Shown: positions 24,087-36,631, numbered from the stretch's first letter. The stretch is DNA of 62,403 bases from Chiloscyllium plagiosum (GCF_004010195.1 NC_057718.1:26663688-26726090), one strand, 5' to 3'. Made by a program: numbers and translations. The notes: a model not told the origin generated them from the sequence alone.

Positions 24087-25506
24087 GTGGAGAGTGCAAA
24101 TTATTTTGCACTGAATTCTGGATTTGCAATCTCAAGACATTTTCCTGACCTGTCAGTCAATTGTCAGGATTTCCAGGGTGTATGCACAGTAAGCAGAGCT
24201 TCTTTGGTGGAAGTGAAAAATTGTGAAGGCTTTGATCAGTTCTCTGGAAGAGCTATAAGCATGATCAGGTGCAAGGCTGTTGTTCACAACATTCTCAGCG
24301 GCTTTAAGTGCTTAGTCAGCGATGGCCAACTTCTCGGCAGGACTTCATCTGTTCAGCACATTGCTCACTTTCAATTGAACTTCCCTACTATCAGCTTTCA
24401 GCATGACATGAAAGCAGCCTATGCAATTTGATCTTTGGACTTTGCTGGGCATCAAGGACAGGGGGAAAACTGTTCCAGCAGTAGCAAGAGCAGTGCAAGA
24501 TGCAGCACAGCCACAGATCCCACTCACAAGGTAAATATTATTGACATCAAGATCCAGCTGGAATGAGGCCAAACCACCAACCTACAGTCTACTTGCAGAG
24601 AAGGTTAGTTCTCTCAACAAGTCTGCACCAGAGCCTCAGGAAATTCAGGCTTTTATGGCTGTTTGGTGTTACAATTTGTACTCTCCTAGACCATGAACTC
24701 CTTCTCAGGGTACCAGCTGGACACTTGCCAGTGGCTGAAAGCTGCCTGTCTCTTATGATCACCTCTATGCTTCCTTTGAGCCACTGAGTTGTTCTTTGTT
24801 GTCTTCTGCAAGGACAGAAAGCAGGCAGATGAGTTTTGTAATAGATTGTAACCAGAAAAGCACATCATTTGTAAGAAGTAACAATGAGGCATGAAGGTGA
24901 GTTATAAGGTGGGTTGACCTGAGGTGCAGTGTAAGGGAGGATTCTGGGCAAGTCAGAGTATGGAGGTTGGCTCCTGTAGATGTTACACCATTCATTCCTG
25001 AGGTCTTCAATTCTTCTGATGCATCATCTCCAGGTTGAAAGGATCACACACTGGTTATAATTTCCTTCCATGCTTGGTTGGTTGGAGACGTTGTCTCTTC
25101 CTCCTGTACTTGAGAAAGCTGCCTATACCTTAGTCAAACAGCAGAATCTCCAGGTAAAAGTCATAGACCTGTGAGTTCAGTGGGGTGGTTAGGATGGAGG
25201 TGCAGGAGCGAATAGTCTTTCCATGTCTATCTTTTTTTGCTATTGGTTCTTCAACTTCAAAATCCTCATGTTGGCAAGCTTTTCTGAAGCATGCTGGGGT
25301 CTCATCAAACAGAAACAGTTCTTTTGACAGAATTGCAATGTTATCCTTCCCATCTCCTTAACTGATCAAGGAGCCCAAAGGCAGGCTCTTTACTGGTTTT
25401 CTCTGGTAAAGAGCAACCAGAAGACACATTAATTGGGATGTCAATTATGCAACTGGAAAATTGTGCCACCATTGCACCAGAGATTAATATGTTAAAATTC
25501 TGCCCA
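24087..25506. mobile_element. Probable decayed Harbinger-related element
   Basis: Ends in aaaattctgccc (a GGGCAGAATTTT-type terminus), and composition resembles 48000-51900. No clear protein motif decoded. Confidence 0.3.
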
Positions 25507-25589
25507 AGTCTTCAGACTTGCCCATGTTTACTTAGTAGGAATTTCTGCTTATTCTATATTGGATAACAGACAGTGTGATGTATCAGAGG

Positions 25590-26350
25590 CAGTAGATCAG
25601 TCAACAGAGTTGGTGAGATAAAGTTATTGTCACGTGCAACCTGAGTTTGCGGATTATATAATTGATGGAAACATATAACAAGAAATAGAGAGGCCGTGGG
25701 CAAATTCTTGAAGAATTCCAAAAATAACAGTATAGGAGTGAGCAGTGAAGTTGTTGCAATTCTCTGGTTAAGCTTCAAAAGAAGAGAATGGAGCCAGGAA
25801 AGGCAAATTCCACCCCACTGGATGACGAAGCAGAAGGATGGGGAAAGATGATATTGTCAACTCTGTCAAAGACTGAGCAATAGATTGAGAAGATGAGGAG
25901 TGATAAATTGCTACAGTCACAATAACACAGAACTTCATTTGGGACTTTGATAACGACTGTTTCTGCTGAGAGAGAGCGGTGGGGAGACAGAATGAAAACT
26001 TAACTGGAGCATGAAAAATATCGGTTTGTAGGAACAAAGATCTTGATCTTGGAGATGACAATACATTCAAGGACTTTAAAGAGAAAAAGGAGATTGCAAA
26101 TGGGGCAGTAGTTTGTAAGAGCAGAGGGGTCAAAGATGTGTGTTTTGAGGTGGAATCACTGATGTTAGATTGGAAGGACAAGAGAACATTGTGCAAACAA
26201 TGGGAACTGCTGACAAAAGCAGCTGACATGGGAATCAGGAAAGGAAACTGAGTGATCAACAGTTTGGTCAGAACAGGGAATGCGGAAGCAGAAAAAAAGT
26301 CACATGGAAAAAATGAGCTCAGAGGTGAAGAAGATGAGATTCCACGGACA
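25590..26350 (-). mobile_element. L2-clade LINE RT fragment
   Basis: Minus strand cagcagaaacagtcgttatcaaagtcccaaatgaagttctgtgt...ctcatcttctcaatctattgctcagtctttgac resembles L2 STETALIKVTND...LILLDLSAAFD. Confidence 0.65.
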
Positions 26351-28074
26351 GTAGAGTGTACATGAGGGGGCGTTTGGCCTGGTGGGCCAGGGGAAGGAAG
26401 GCAAGTGGCAGAATTAACGCAACACTGGCACATAATATCTGATATTGTGTTATTGTATTAAGACTGAGGTCCAGGTGGCACTGAAAAATACAAAAAGACA
26501 ACTGCTGAACCTTCCTATAATATACTGTAAATGCTTTTCTTTTAATTGTCATCTTCATATTGTCAAGTTTTCCAAAAAATCTGTCCTATATTAACAAAAG
26601 TTAGTATAACATTAATTATAAATACAGAATTAAGTTTTGAAAATCTTGTAATGTAGGAAATGAATATGAAATATGCAGAATTTTAAATTGCAATGAGCTG
26701 GTTACTAAATGCCCTATGTATCAGATCCAGATACTCTTGATCACTTGATCACCATTTTATGAAATCTAAATTCTTTATTTTTGATGACTTGACCTTTTAT
26801 ACACTTATAAATAATCAGCATGTGTTCTTCCTTGCTGCTATTCTTTTTATCTTTTATCTTTGTATACAGCTGACTTTATTGCATTACCATGTAGTTTGGA
26901 GACTCATTCACCATCTGGTGAGCTGACTGTATAATAAGCAATAAATACAGTGATACAGGAACATCATTGTATTATTTGAGTGAAAATATTGGTCTGGAGA
27001 TTGGACTGTGCGCACTCATCTCACTGGTGTGAAAAGGGAAAATAAAGGTCTCATTTACTAGGTGCTTTCTGAGCCTTTAGTGCACTATTTACCATATTTA
27101 CAAAGGCTTATCAACAGCTGAAACAGTTGTTAGGATCATTGTGTACTCTAATAAAGGGACTTATTGTTGATTTGATTGTATTGCACACAGCTTGATCAAG
27201 CATATCAATTTCTTCAGATATTTAGCAACCAAACCAGCAGTCATTAAATTCTCATCTTCCTTAACTTACGTGGCGTCAGGAACCACCACAATTTGCAACT
27301 GCAATTGCCTTACCCCACCTTGAACTCTTATAAGGGCCTCAGTTGGTGTGTGAGCCAGCTGATCTTGCTTTTCACTGAGATTATCATGTAGCCTGCAAAG
27401 CCATAACAGACGCATAGAGTTCACCACAAATTGGTAGTTTTAACCAATTTGTTTGAACATGTTGTAACACATATCTGGGGAAGGTGGGTTTGAACCATGG
27501 CCTCTTGGGTCAGAAGTAGAGGCACAACCACAGTGCCACAAAAGCCATATTCACCACAGATAACCTGATAAGACTGGTGCACAAATTTGCCACAAACCTG
27601 TGACCAACCTGATTAGACATCTGTGGAGTGTCTTACATTAATTTAGGTGTATTCCGATTTAAAAACCATTACATATTAATATTACAAATGAAAGTAAATC
27701 TGCCAACATTCCCTAAAATTGCAATGTTGTATTGACTTTGTAAAGCAATTTAAATATCATATGACTTCATTGTTGCAAACAATGGTAAAATAATTATATT
27801 TACTCTGGCAGCTATCTGTCAATGTGTTCACAGGCTATTTAGTGGAAAAACAATAACACAAAGTCAACTGAACATAAGGAACAAACTAGATTTCAAAAGA
27901 AATCTACATACTGTTTTCACATTGCTTTTAGCCAATTTATGTGAAATTATGAGAGGCTTTGTTATGTGGTATTAGACCGCCAGTTAAATCATTCAGTGAT
28001 TGAGTTTGTTCCCTTGCTTTCCTGTTTCCTACTTACACAGTTATTAATTTTATTTATTTCATTTTTGGGAGCTG

Positions 28075-28145
28075 TGGATGGATGGATGAATAGGTGGACG
28101 GAATGATGGATGGACAGACAGATGGATGGATGGACAGATGGATGA
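28075..28145 (+). repeat. (GATG)n/(GACA)n microsatellite
   Basis: ggatggatggatgaataggtggacggaatgatggatggacagacagatggatggatggacagatggatg. Confidence 0.9.
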
Positions 28146-28209
28146 AGAGTAACACATGCACAGAAAGTTGGCCCAGACTACTGACACTTCCCAAAAGTGA
28201 AAACTGGTA

Positions 28210-28330
28210 TTCAGCTCTGAAGAAAGGTCAATGACCCTGAAACATTAAATCTGCTTTCTCTCCACAGATACTGCCAGACCTGCCTTTTATTTTGTTTCTG
28301 ACTTCCAGCATCTGCAGTTCTTTGTTTTTT
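28210..28330 (+). mobile_element. Penelope-like terminal fragment with hammerhead-like motif
   Basis: CTGAAGA-aaggtcaatgaccct-GAAA-catt at 28217-28246, followed by tttctctccacagatactgccagacctg...ccagcatctgcag. Confidence 0.6.
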
Positions 28331-28558
28331 TGAATACTAGTAGAAGTTGGAGAACAGGCCTTTAGTCTTCCCTCTTGTCAAGTTTGGTGTCCAAGGAAGG
28401 GAATGGGGAGAAACATTACTATGCTCAACAGAAACATAGATAAAATACAAACTTCAAAATATACAACATAATGATACTCATGATAATCATAATGCAATGC
28501 ATTAAATTGGGTGCAGTGTCTTCAATAAATTACTGATGTTAGCTTACACTCAGTATTA

Positions 28559-28740
28559 GGAGAAAGTGAGGAATGCAGATGCTGCAGATCAGAGTTGAGA
28601 GTGTGGTGCTGGAAAAGCACAGCAGGTCAGGCAGCATCTGAGGAGCAGGAGAATCGACGCTTTGGGCACAAGCCCTTCATCCGGAATGAGGAGAGCTTGT
28701 GCCCTGACCTGCTGTGCTTTTCCAGCACCACATTCTCGAC
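28559..28740. mobile_element. Short Penelope-like terminal fragment with inverted piece, decayed hammerhead and 14-bp TSD
   Basis: Flanked by tacactcagtatta (28545-28558) and tacattcagtatta (28741-28754). Core decayed to CGGATGA...AAAG. Confidence 0.72.
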
Positions 28741-28818
28741 TACATTCAGTATTATGCTTATTCTCAACTTAATATATGCAGAGAGACTAATTTTAACTGA
28801 TAAAGTTTACATATTGAA

Positions 28819-29100
28819 CTGGGGAGGTGATGGCCTTGTAGTGTTGTTGCTGGACTGTTAATCCAGGCACCCAAGTAATGTTCTGGGGACCCGGATTCAA
28901 ATCCTGTCACGGCAGATGGTTGAATTTGAATTCAATGAAAATCTGAAATTAAGAGTGTAATGATAACCATGAATCCATGGTTGATTATTGGGGGAAAACC
29001 CATCTGGTTCCTTTATGGAAGGCCATTGCCCTCTGGGCAATTGGGGCTGGGCAATAAATGCTGGCCTAGTCAATGACACTCTCCTTCCACGAATGAATCA
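28819..29100 (+). mobile_element. DeuSINE/SacSINE1-like SINE
   Basis: tRNA-like head ggggaggtgatggccttgtagtg...ggattcaaatcc and L2-type tail ggcaataaatgctggcct...gaatgaat. Confidence 0.65.
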
Positions 29101-29291
29101 AAAACATTTAGAAATTTCAGCTAAGTCAGCCACTTTTGTATCAAATCTAGGAAATAAAGAAGTGGAAATGGCTACTATGACTTTCTTCAAAACATAATTT
29201 GCCAAATAATTCAAATAATTAATGATACAAATCAAATTCCCAATTCAACAATGTCTGAGAAATCTCAATGCCACAAATTAATATTCATTAC

Positions 29292-29415
29292 CTCTGAACT
29301 CTCGATGGAGGTGCAAACACTCCATGTTTTGGCACACAAGTGAAATACTGTACTCCTCCAACAGAGCCATCATTCTTGCCATTGGGTTTATCCAATTCAA
29401 TCCCATACCAATAAC
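29292..29415 (-). CDS. CLIP4: CLIP4 internal coding exon (124 nt), C-terminal half of CAP-Gly domain
   Basis: ttttatag|GTTATTGG...GTTCAGAG|gtaatg. Translates (G)YWYGIELDKPNGKNDGSVGGVQYFTCVPKHGVFAPPSRVQ(R), with the GKNDG motif. The GKNDGSVGGVQYF...PPSRVQR form fits CLIP4 better than CLIP3. Confidence 0.96.
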
Positions 29416-29735
29416 CTATAAAATTAGACAATAATAATAATAAGATTTAGATAACACAAAATGTGTTTGATTTTATGCACTCCACACAACTAGCTGGAAT
29501 TTAACAGCCATGTGATAGAAACTGAACTTCATAAAATGGATGCAACAAGAGAAAACTTTACAGACCAAAATATGCTAGATGACTAGAGAAAATGAGCTTT
29601 TGGTCTAGACTAAGAAGGAAGTATATGTCAGATATAGGGATTGACTGAATTGCTAGAGGAATATAAAGGCTGTAGAGGTATACGTAGGAGGGAAATTAGA
29701 TAGTTTTGGCAAATAGAGTTCAGGAGAATCCAGAG

Positions 29736-30045
29736 GGATACAACGGTGGCTCAGTGGTTAGCGCTGCTGCCTCACAGTGCCAGGGACCCGGGTTCGATTC
29801 CTGCCTCGGGCAACTGGCTGTGTGGAGTTTGCACATTCTCCCCGTAACTGCGTGGGTTAACTCCAGGTACTCTGGTTTCCTCCCACAATCCAAAATTGTG
29901 CAGGTGATTTGGCCATGCTAAATTGTCCATCGTGTTAGGTGCATTAGTCAAGGGTAAATGTAGGGGGGTTGGTTATTCTTTGGAGGGTCTGTGTGGACTT
30001 GTTGGGTCGAAGGGCCTGTATCCATACTGCATGGAATCTAATCTA
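29736..30045 (+). mobile_element. HE1-type SINE
   Basis: acggtggctcagtggttagcgctgctgcctcacagtgccagggacccgggttcgattcc...gaatctaatcta. Confidence 0.9.
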
Positions 30046-31127
30046 AAAAGGGTAACTAAGGAGAGAATTGCATCCCTCAAAGATCAGCAAGGCTGCTTAT
30101 GTTTGGAACCACAGGAGATGGGAGAGATACTAAATGAGCATGTTGCATCAGTGTTTATTGTGGAGACGAATATGGAACGTGGAGAACTTAGGGAAATAAA
30201 TAGCGACACCTTGAAAAAATGTCCATAATACAGAGGAGGAGGAGCTGGTGTCTTAAAATGCATTGGGATAAATCCCCAGGTCCTAATCAGGTGTAGCCTA
30301 GAACTTTCTGAGAAGCTAGTGAAGTGATTGCAGAGTCCTTTGCTGAGATATTTGTATCATCACTAACCACAGGTGGAGTGCCAGAAGACTTGTAGCTGGC
30401 TAACATGGTGCAACTATTTAAGCAAGGTGGTAAGGAAAACTAGACTACTATAGACTGGTGAGCCTGACATCGGGCAGTTGTTGAAGGAGATCCTGAGGGA
30501 CAGGATTTACATGTATTTAGAAAGGCAAGGACTGATAAGGGATAGTCAACACGGCTTTGTATGTGGGAAATCGTATTTCACTAGCATGACTGAGTGCTTT
30601 GAAATAGTAACAAAGAGGATTAATGAAGGCAGAGTGGTGAACATGACCAAATGGACTTCAGGAAGGTGTTCAACAAGGTTCCACATGGTAGGCTGGTTAG
30701 CAAGGTTAGATCACATGGAATACAGAGAGAACTAGCCATATGGATGCAGAACTGGCTCGAAGGTAGGAGACGATGGTGGTGGACTGTTGATTTTTCAGAC
30801 TGGAGGCCTGTGACCAGCGGTGTGTCACAAGGATCGCTGCTATGTCCACTGTTTTTTGTCATTTATATAAATGATTTGGATGTAAACATAGGAGGAATGG
30901 TTAGTAAGTTTTTAGATGACACCAAAACTGGTGGTGTAGTGGATAGCAAAGAAGATTACCTCAGAGTAGAATGGGACCTTGATCCATTGGGCCAATGAGT
31001 GGCAGATGGAGTTTATTTTAGATAAATGTGAGGTGTTGTACTTTGGAAAGGCAAATAAGGGCAGGACTTAGACACTTAATAATAAGGTCCTGAGCAGTGT
31101 TGCTGAACAAAGAGACCTTGGAGTGCA

Positions 31128-31730
31128 TAGAACATAGAACATTACACAGCAGTACAGGCCCTTCGGCCCTCGATGTTGCGCCGACCTGTCATACCAATCT
31201 GAAGCCCATCTAACCCACACTATTCCATGTACGTCCATATGCTTGTCCAATGACGACTTAAATGTACTTAAAGTTGGCGAATCTACTACCTTTGTAGGCA
31301 AAGCATTCCATACCCTTACTACTCTCTGAGTAAAGAAACTACCTCTGACATCTGTCCTATATCTATCACCCCTCAGTTTAAAGCTATGCCCCTTTGTGCT
31401 CGCCATCACCATACTTGGAAAAAGATTCTCCCTGTCTACCCTATCTAACCCTCTGATTATCTTATATAATTGGTTTCATTGGTCTATAATTACCTGGGTC
31501 ATCTCTGCTGTCCTTCTTGAACAAGGGCACAACATTTGCAATCCTCCAGTTCTCAGGTACTAAACCTGTAGACAATCACGACTCAAATATCTCCTCCCTA
31601 GCTTCCCAGAGAATCATCGGATAAATCCCATCCGGCCCAAGGGACTTGTCTACTTTCACTCCTTATAGAATTGATAATACCTTCTCCTTACTAACCTCTA
31701 TCCTTTCTAGTCTAATCTCCCTCCCTTTTT
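31128..31730 (-). mobile_element. CR1 LINE fragments nested in the opposite orientation
   Basis: (tagaaca)n tail at 31128 and minus ORF TKGHSFKLRGDRYRTDVRGSFFTQRVVRVWNALP. Confidence 0.85.
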
Positions 31731-33104
31731 GAATAAGGGCATTACATTGAAAGCTTTCCAACTTTTTGGGACTTTTCCAGAATCTACAGCTTCTTGGAAT
31801 ACTTCAACCAATGCATTCACTATCTCTGTAGCAACGACTCAATGTTGCTGGAAAGTGGAATCACAGGTAGACTGGGCAGTGAAGAAGGCATTTGGGATGG
31901 TTGCCTTTATTGGTCAGTGCACTGAGTATAGAAGTTGAGAGGTCATGTTGCTGCTACACAGGTCATTGGTTAGGCCATTTTTGGAATACTGTGTTCAATT
32001 CTGGTCTTCCTCCAGAAAGGATTTTGTGAAATTTGAAAGGGTTCAGAAAAGATTTACAAAGATGCTGCCAGTTTTGGAGGGTTTAGCTGTAGGGAGAGGC
32101 TGAATAGTTTGGAGCTATTTTCCCTGGAGCATTAGAGGCTGAGGGGTGACCATATGGACGTTTATAAAATCATCAGGAGCATAAGGTAAATAGACAAGGT
32201 TTTTTCCCCATGGTAGAGGAGTACAAAACTAGAGGGCATAGGTTTAAGGTCAGAGGGGACCTAAGGGGCAACTGTTCATGTAAAGAGTGGTGCATGTATG
32301 GAATGAGCTGCCACACGAAATAATGAAGGCTGGTACAATAACAACATTTAAAAGGCATCTGGATTGCTATATGAATAGGAAGGGTTTAGAGGGATATGGG
32401 TCAAGTGCTGGCAAATGGGACAAGATTAATTTGGGATATCTGGTCGGCATGAATGTGTTGGACAAAGGGTCTGTTTATGTGCTGTTCAGCTCTGTGGCTC
32501 TATGTCCCTAAAATGTGCCAATTGTTCAGCTCGTAAGTCATTTCTCAGGCACCCTCGTAATTGCAGAAAACAAGCATCATGTGCTTTACATGTAAATGAG
32601 TGGGAGGATTGCTAGTCTAAAAGATTAAAACTGGTTTAGGCTCACTCTGGAAAATTAAATTGTGTTGAGTGGAGCTAGAGGCAGGACAACTCTGTTCACG
32701 TTTCTTCAGCTGCTGCCACTTACTTAGTTAAAAAAAAGTATATTTATATCTAGTATTCACGACTGCTGGACATCTCAAAGGTTTTATATGTGCTCTCTCA
32801 CCAATAAAGTACTTTTGAAATAATCACTTTGCAGTGTCAGAATATTTTAAAATCACTTTTTTGATACAAAGAGGAGCAAGATTGCTTTCCAACTTACAGA
32901 TCTTTAGATTGGCTTCTGCAATGATCCCCTCTTTCCCATCTAACATGAACCTGGAGCTTGCAAAACAAACATCCCGAAATGCATTGCTTTTAAAATTGCC
33001 TGGCTGTAGAGAGCACCGTAACAGATGATAGTAACTCAGCCAAATAATATTAAGGAACATATCAGGTCTGAAAGGGAAATTTCAGCTTGGCTAGAAATTT
33101 CCAC

Positions 33105-33600
33105 CTTGAAACGTTAAAAGATTGGACGGCATTTAGTGGATAATCCTAAGTGTTCAAAGAATTATGATGGCAAGCAATTTAGGATTGTCAGTCAATCTTA
33201 CAGTGTGGCACATTTGTGTGATCTGGAAGTTTCATGTATTTATATACAGGGCTCTATTCTTTGCAGACAAAAACACTGCATGTATGCTTTGTGCCTGTTT
33301 CAACACAACAAAATGGGTGATAACCCTTTGCTTGTTCATTTTCAGGGCATTACCCTGACCAATCAGAGACTTCCTGCCTGTTTTAAGATTTAACAAAGCC
33401 TGACTGTTAACACCAATCAGCATTCATGGTGCAGTCTCCTTAGCAATGCCATTACCAATTAGAATCCACTTGAAAACCTATGAGCACTCTATTGTCATGC
33501 GGGATAAATGTTGGTTTTCCTCTGGGATTAGTATTTTTATGAATTATCCTGATAATGCTAGATGAAAAGCTTTGACAAAATGTGTCTTTTTTTAGCAATG
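33105..33600 (+). mobile_element. Penelope-like element 3' end: GIY-YIG endonuclease C-terminus plus terminal repeat with hammerhead-like motif
   Basis: IGRHLVDNPKCSKNYDGKQFRIVSQSYSVAHLCDLEVSCIYIQGSILCRQK (H...F-x-I...L-E...I pattern of Penelope endonuclease ends). CTGATAA-tgctagat-GAAA-agctt at about 33549-33572. Confidence 0.65.
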
Positions 33601-33838
33601 TTCAAATTAGAAGTTACATCTTTCAAGGATATTCGGTTTTCCAATTTTTTTTGACATACAAGGTAGCTAATCAAATCTAGGACTACTTCTACTCAAAATT
33701 ATTGTTCATATACAGGCATAAACATGGACTTCCACCCTACTGGAACTAAGAAATTTTGTCTGTAAAATTGCTGTATAATATAAAATTTGTTTATTGCTTT
33801 GAGATTGAAATCAGAAGTAAAATTAACACTCATTTAAA

Positions 33839-34056
33839 GGTTGAGAGTGTGGTGCTGGAAAAGCACAGCAGGTTAGGCAGCATCCGAGGAGCAAGACAAT
33901 CAACATTTTGGGCATAAGACCTTCATCAGGAAGGGCTCTTCCAGCATCTGCAGTCCTCACTTTCTCCCTCCAGCATCTGCAGTCCTCACTTTCTCCCTCC
34001 AGCATCTGCGGTCCTCACTTTCTCCCTCCATCATCTGCAGTCCTCACTTTCTCTGA
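33839..34056. mobile_element. Short Penelope-like terminal fragment with 11-bp TSD and internal 29-bp tandem array
   Basis: Flanked by actcatttaaa at 33828-33838 and 34057-34067. Minus-strand CTGATGA...AAAA is a decayed core. Confidence 0.72.
33940..34053 (+). repeat. Tandem repeat, 29-bp unit x about 4
   Basis: tccagcatctgcagtcctcactttctccc starting at 33940, 33969, 33998 and 34027, with no spacers. Confidence 0.95.
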
Positions 34057-34202
34057 ACTCATTTAAAAGTGGAAAGATTTGAGGTACCTGTCAATTGGCC
34101 ACCAACTAGAAGTTCTCGGTGTTTTAATGTTGTGAAGGGTCTGATTCTTTACAATTCCATGACACCTTTTCAATTCTCCCTCTTGCAACATTAGGCTAAT
34201 TT

Positions 34203-34518
34203 TTAGATTAGATTAGCTTACTTACAGTGTGGAAACTGGCCCTTCAGCCCAACAAATCCACACCGACGCTCCGAAGAGCAACCTACATTCCCCTACATTT
34301 ACCCCTTCACCTAACACTACGGGCAATTTAGCATGGCCAATACACCTAACCTGCACATTTTTGGACTGTGGGAGGAAACCAGAGCACCCAGAGGGGGCCC
34401 ATGCAGACACAGGGAGAATGTGCAAACTCCGCCCTGACAGTTGCCCGAGGCCGGAATTGAACCCGGGTCTCTTGCGCTGTGAGGCAGCAGTGCTAACCAC
34501 TGTGCCACCGTGCCACCC
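34203..34518 (-). mobile_element. HE1-type SINE, full length
   Basis: (attag) tail at left and ...aaccactgtgccaccgtgccaccc head at right. Confidence 0.92.
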
Positions 34519-34589
34519 AAGATTAAAGTCTGAATTATCTAAATTTGATAACATGTATTTAGAAAATGTAATTATCACATGTCCCATGG

Positions 34590-35560
34590 TTCTTTCCATG
34601 GGAGATTGGTTAGCAATGTTAGATCTCACAGCCATTTGGATACAGAACTGGCTCAAAGGTAGAAGACAGAGGATGGTGGTGGAGGGTTGTTTTTCAGACT
34701 GGAGGCCTGTGACCAGTGGAGTGCTGCAAGGATCGGTACTGGGTCCTCTATTTTTTGTCATTTATATAAATGTTTTGGATGCGAGCATAAGACGTATGGT
34801 TAGTAAGTTTGCAGATAATACCAAAATTGGAGGTGTGGTGGACAGCGAAGAAGGTTACCTCAGATTACAACAGGATCTTGATCAGATGGGCCAATGGGCT
34901 GAGAAGTGACAGATGGAATTAAATTCAGATAAATGCGAGGTGCTGCATTTTGGGAAAGCAAATCTTAGCAGGACTTACACACTTCATAGTAAGGTCCTAG
35001 GGAGTGTTGCTGAACAAAGAGACCTTGGAGTGTAGGTTCATAGCTCCTTGAAAGTTGAGTTGCAAGTAGATAAGATAGTGAAGAAGGCGTTTGGTATGCT
35101 TTCTTTATTGGTCAGAGTATTGAGTACAGGGGTTGGGATGTCATGTTGTGGCTGGAGTCCAGAACTAGAGGGCATAGGTTTAGGATGAGAGGGGAAAGAT
35201 ATAAAAGAGACGTAAGGGGCAACTTTTTCACGCAGAGGATGGTACGTGTATGGAATGAGCTGCCAGAGGAAGTAGTGGAGGCTTGCAATTGCAACATTTA
35301 AAAGGTATTTGGATGGGTTTGGAGGGATATGGGCCAGGAGGTGGAACTTTTTCACGCAGAGGATGGTACGTGTATGGAATGAGCTGCCAGAGGAAGTAGT
35401 GGAGGCTGGTACAATTGCAACATTTACAAGGTATTTGGATGGGTTTGGAGGGATATGGGCCAGGAGGTGGCAGGTGGAACTAGATTGGGTTGGGATATCT
35501 GGTTGGCATGGACGAGTTGGACCGAAGGATCCGTTTCCATACTGTACATCTCTATGACTA
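34590..35560 (+). mobile_element. CR1 LINE RT/3' end with internal deletion and tandem duplication
   Basis: GVLQGSVLGPLFFVIYIN and KFADNTK motifs. 35221-35344 is repeated at 35345-35470. Confidence 0.9.
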
Positions 35561-35825
35561 TCACTCTATGAGTAGTATCAAAAAACAAAATTTGAAACTG
35601 AACTCCATGAAGAGATATTAAGGACAATGACAAAAAGCCTAAACATTAAAGGTCAGCTATTGTAAAGGAAGGGAGATAGAGAGACAGAGAAACCTAGGGA
35701 AGACATTCCAGATCTGTCAACATTGGAGACAGTAAAAACATTGGTCAAGAGGGCAAGTTCCTACTCACTGCTGGATTAAAATCGGCAGCAGTATGATCAG
35801 GCCCTTAATTCAGCATTAATTTGTG

Positions 35826-36170
35826 GGGAGATAGTTGTGTAATGGTAATGTCATGGGACTAGTAATCCAAAGGCCTAGGCTAAAACCCTGGAAACAAGGG
35901 ATTAAATCTCACCATGGGGAGCTTGTGGAATTTAAATTCAACAAATCAAAACTCTAATTGAAAACCAGTCTCAGTAACAGTAAATGAACCTGGTTCATTA
36001 ATGACCTTTAGGGGAGGAAATCTGCCATCCCTGTGTGGTCTGTTTTACACATTACTCAGATTCCCAATAATGTTGACTCTTAACTGGCTTCAGAAACGGT
36101 CGATGAGGAAATTGGAGATGGACAGCAAATGTTGATCTTGCCAATGATGTCCATATCCAACAAAAGAATC
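35826..36170 (+). mobile_element. DeuSINE/SacSINE1-like SINE
   Basis: ggggagatagttgtgtaatggtaatgtc...ctggttcattaatgacctttaggggaggaaatctgccatcc...; homologous to 28819-29100. Confidence 0.65.
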
Positions 36171-36631
36171 ATTTTTAAAAACATTAATTGCCCTTTTAAG
36201 GGTCTCAATTATTGCAAAGATAGAAAAGCCATCAATTAAGGAAGACCACAGCCACTGCCTTCTATCTCCTTCAGAAATTTCACAAACTCCATTCCTCAGT
36301 AACTGAGTGTAACTACACCAGATTATCTGCTAGCGTCAGTTGTTATATGTCACCCCAAAATAAAACTCCAACTACATGTCCATGCCATCAGAAGATTGCC
36401 TATTTCACCTGTGAAACATTTCCTAATTTTACTCTTCTCCAACTAAGCTGCTGCTGCTGCAATATAAACCTGTAAACTAAATGCAGTTATTGTTCTTGGC
36501 ACAGATTTGAAAATAGTGAGATAGGAGGAAGATCAGCAAGAGGGAAAAGAACCATTATAGAATAGCAGGTTGGTAATGATCAAAAGATAAGGCCTAAGGA
36601 AAGTGAGCAAGAAGGAGGATGGGCAACATTT

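Larger units (their letters stand above)
29580..32505 (+). mobile_element. CR1 LINE ORF2 and 3' UTR, interrupted by a SINE and an inverted CR1
   Basis: Frameshifted RT: IRDSQHGFV, DFRKVFNKVPH, GVSQGSLLCPLFFVIYINDLD, FLDDTK. 3' UTR at about 32370-32505. Confidence 0.9.

Noticed and set aside
25768..26433. 221-aa S/F/L-rich ORF
   Set aside because: An off-frame reading of a decayed L2 fragment, with no domain features.
33940..34053. 29-bp direct repeats of CRISPR-like length
   Set aside because: Units are contiguous with no spacers, derive from the adjacent retroelement terminus, and the context is vertebrate with no cas genes.
34229..34909. 226-aa ORF, the longest in the track
   Set aside because: A chance fusion of an antisense HE1 SINE reading frame with a CR1 RT fragment; not a gene.
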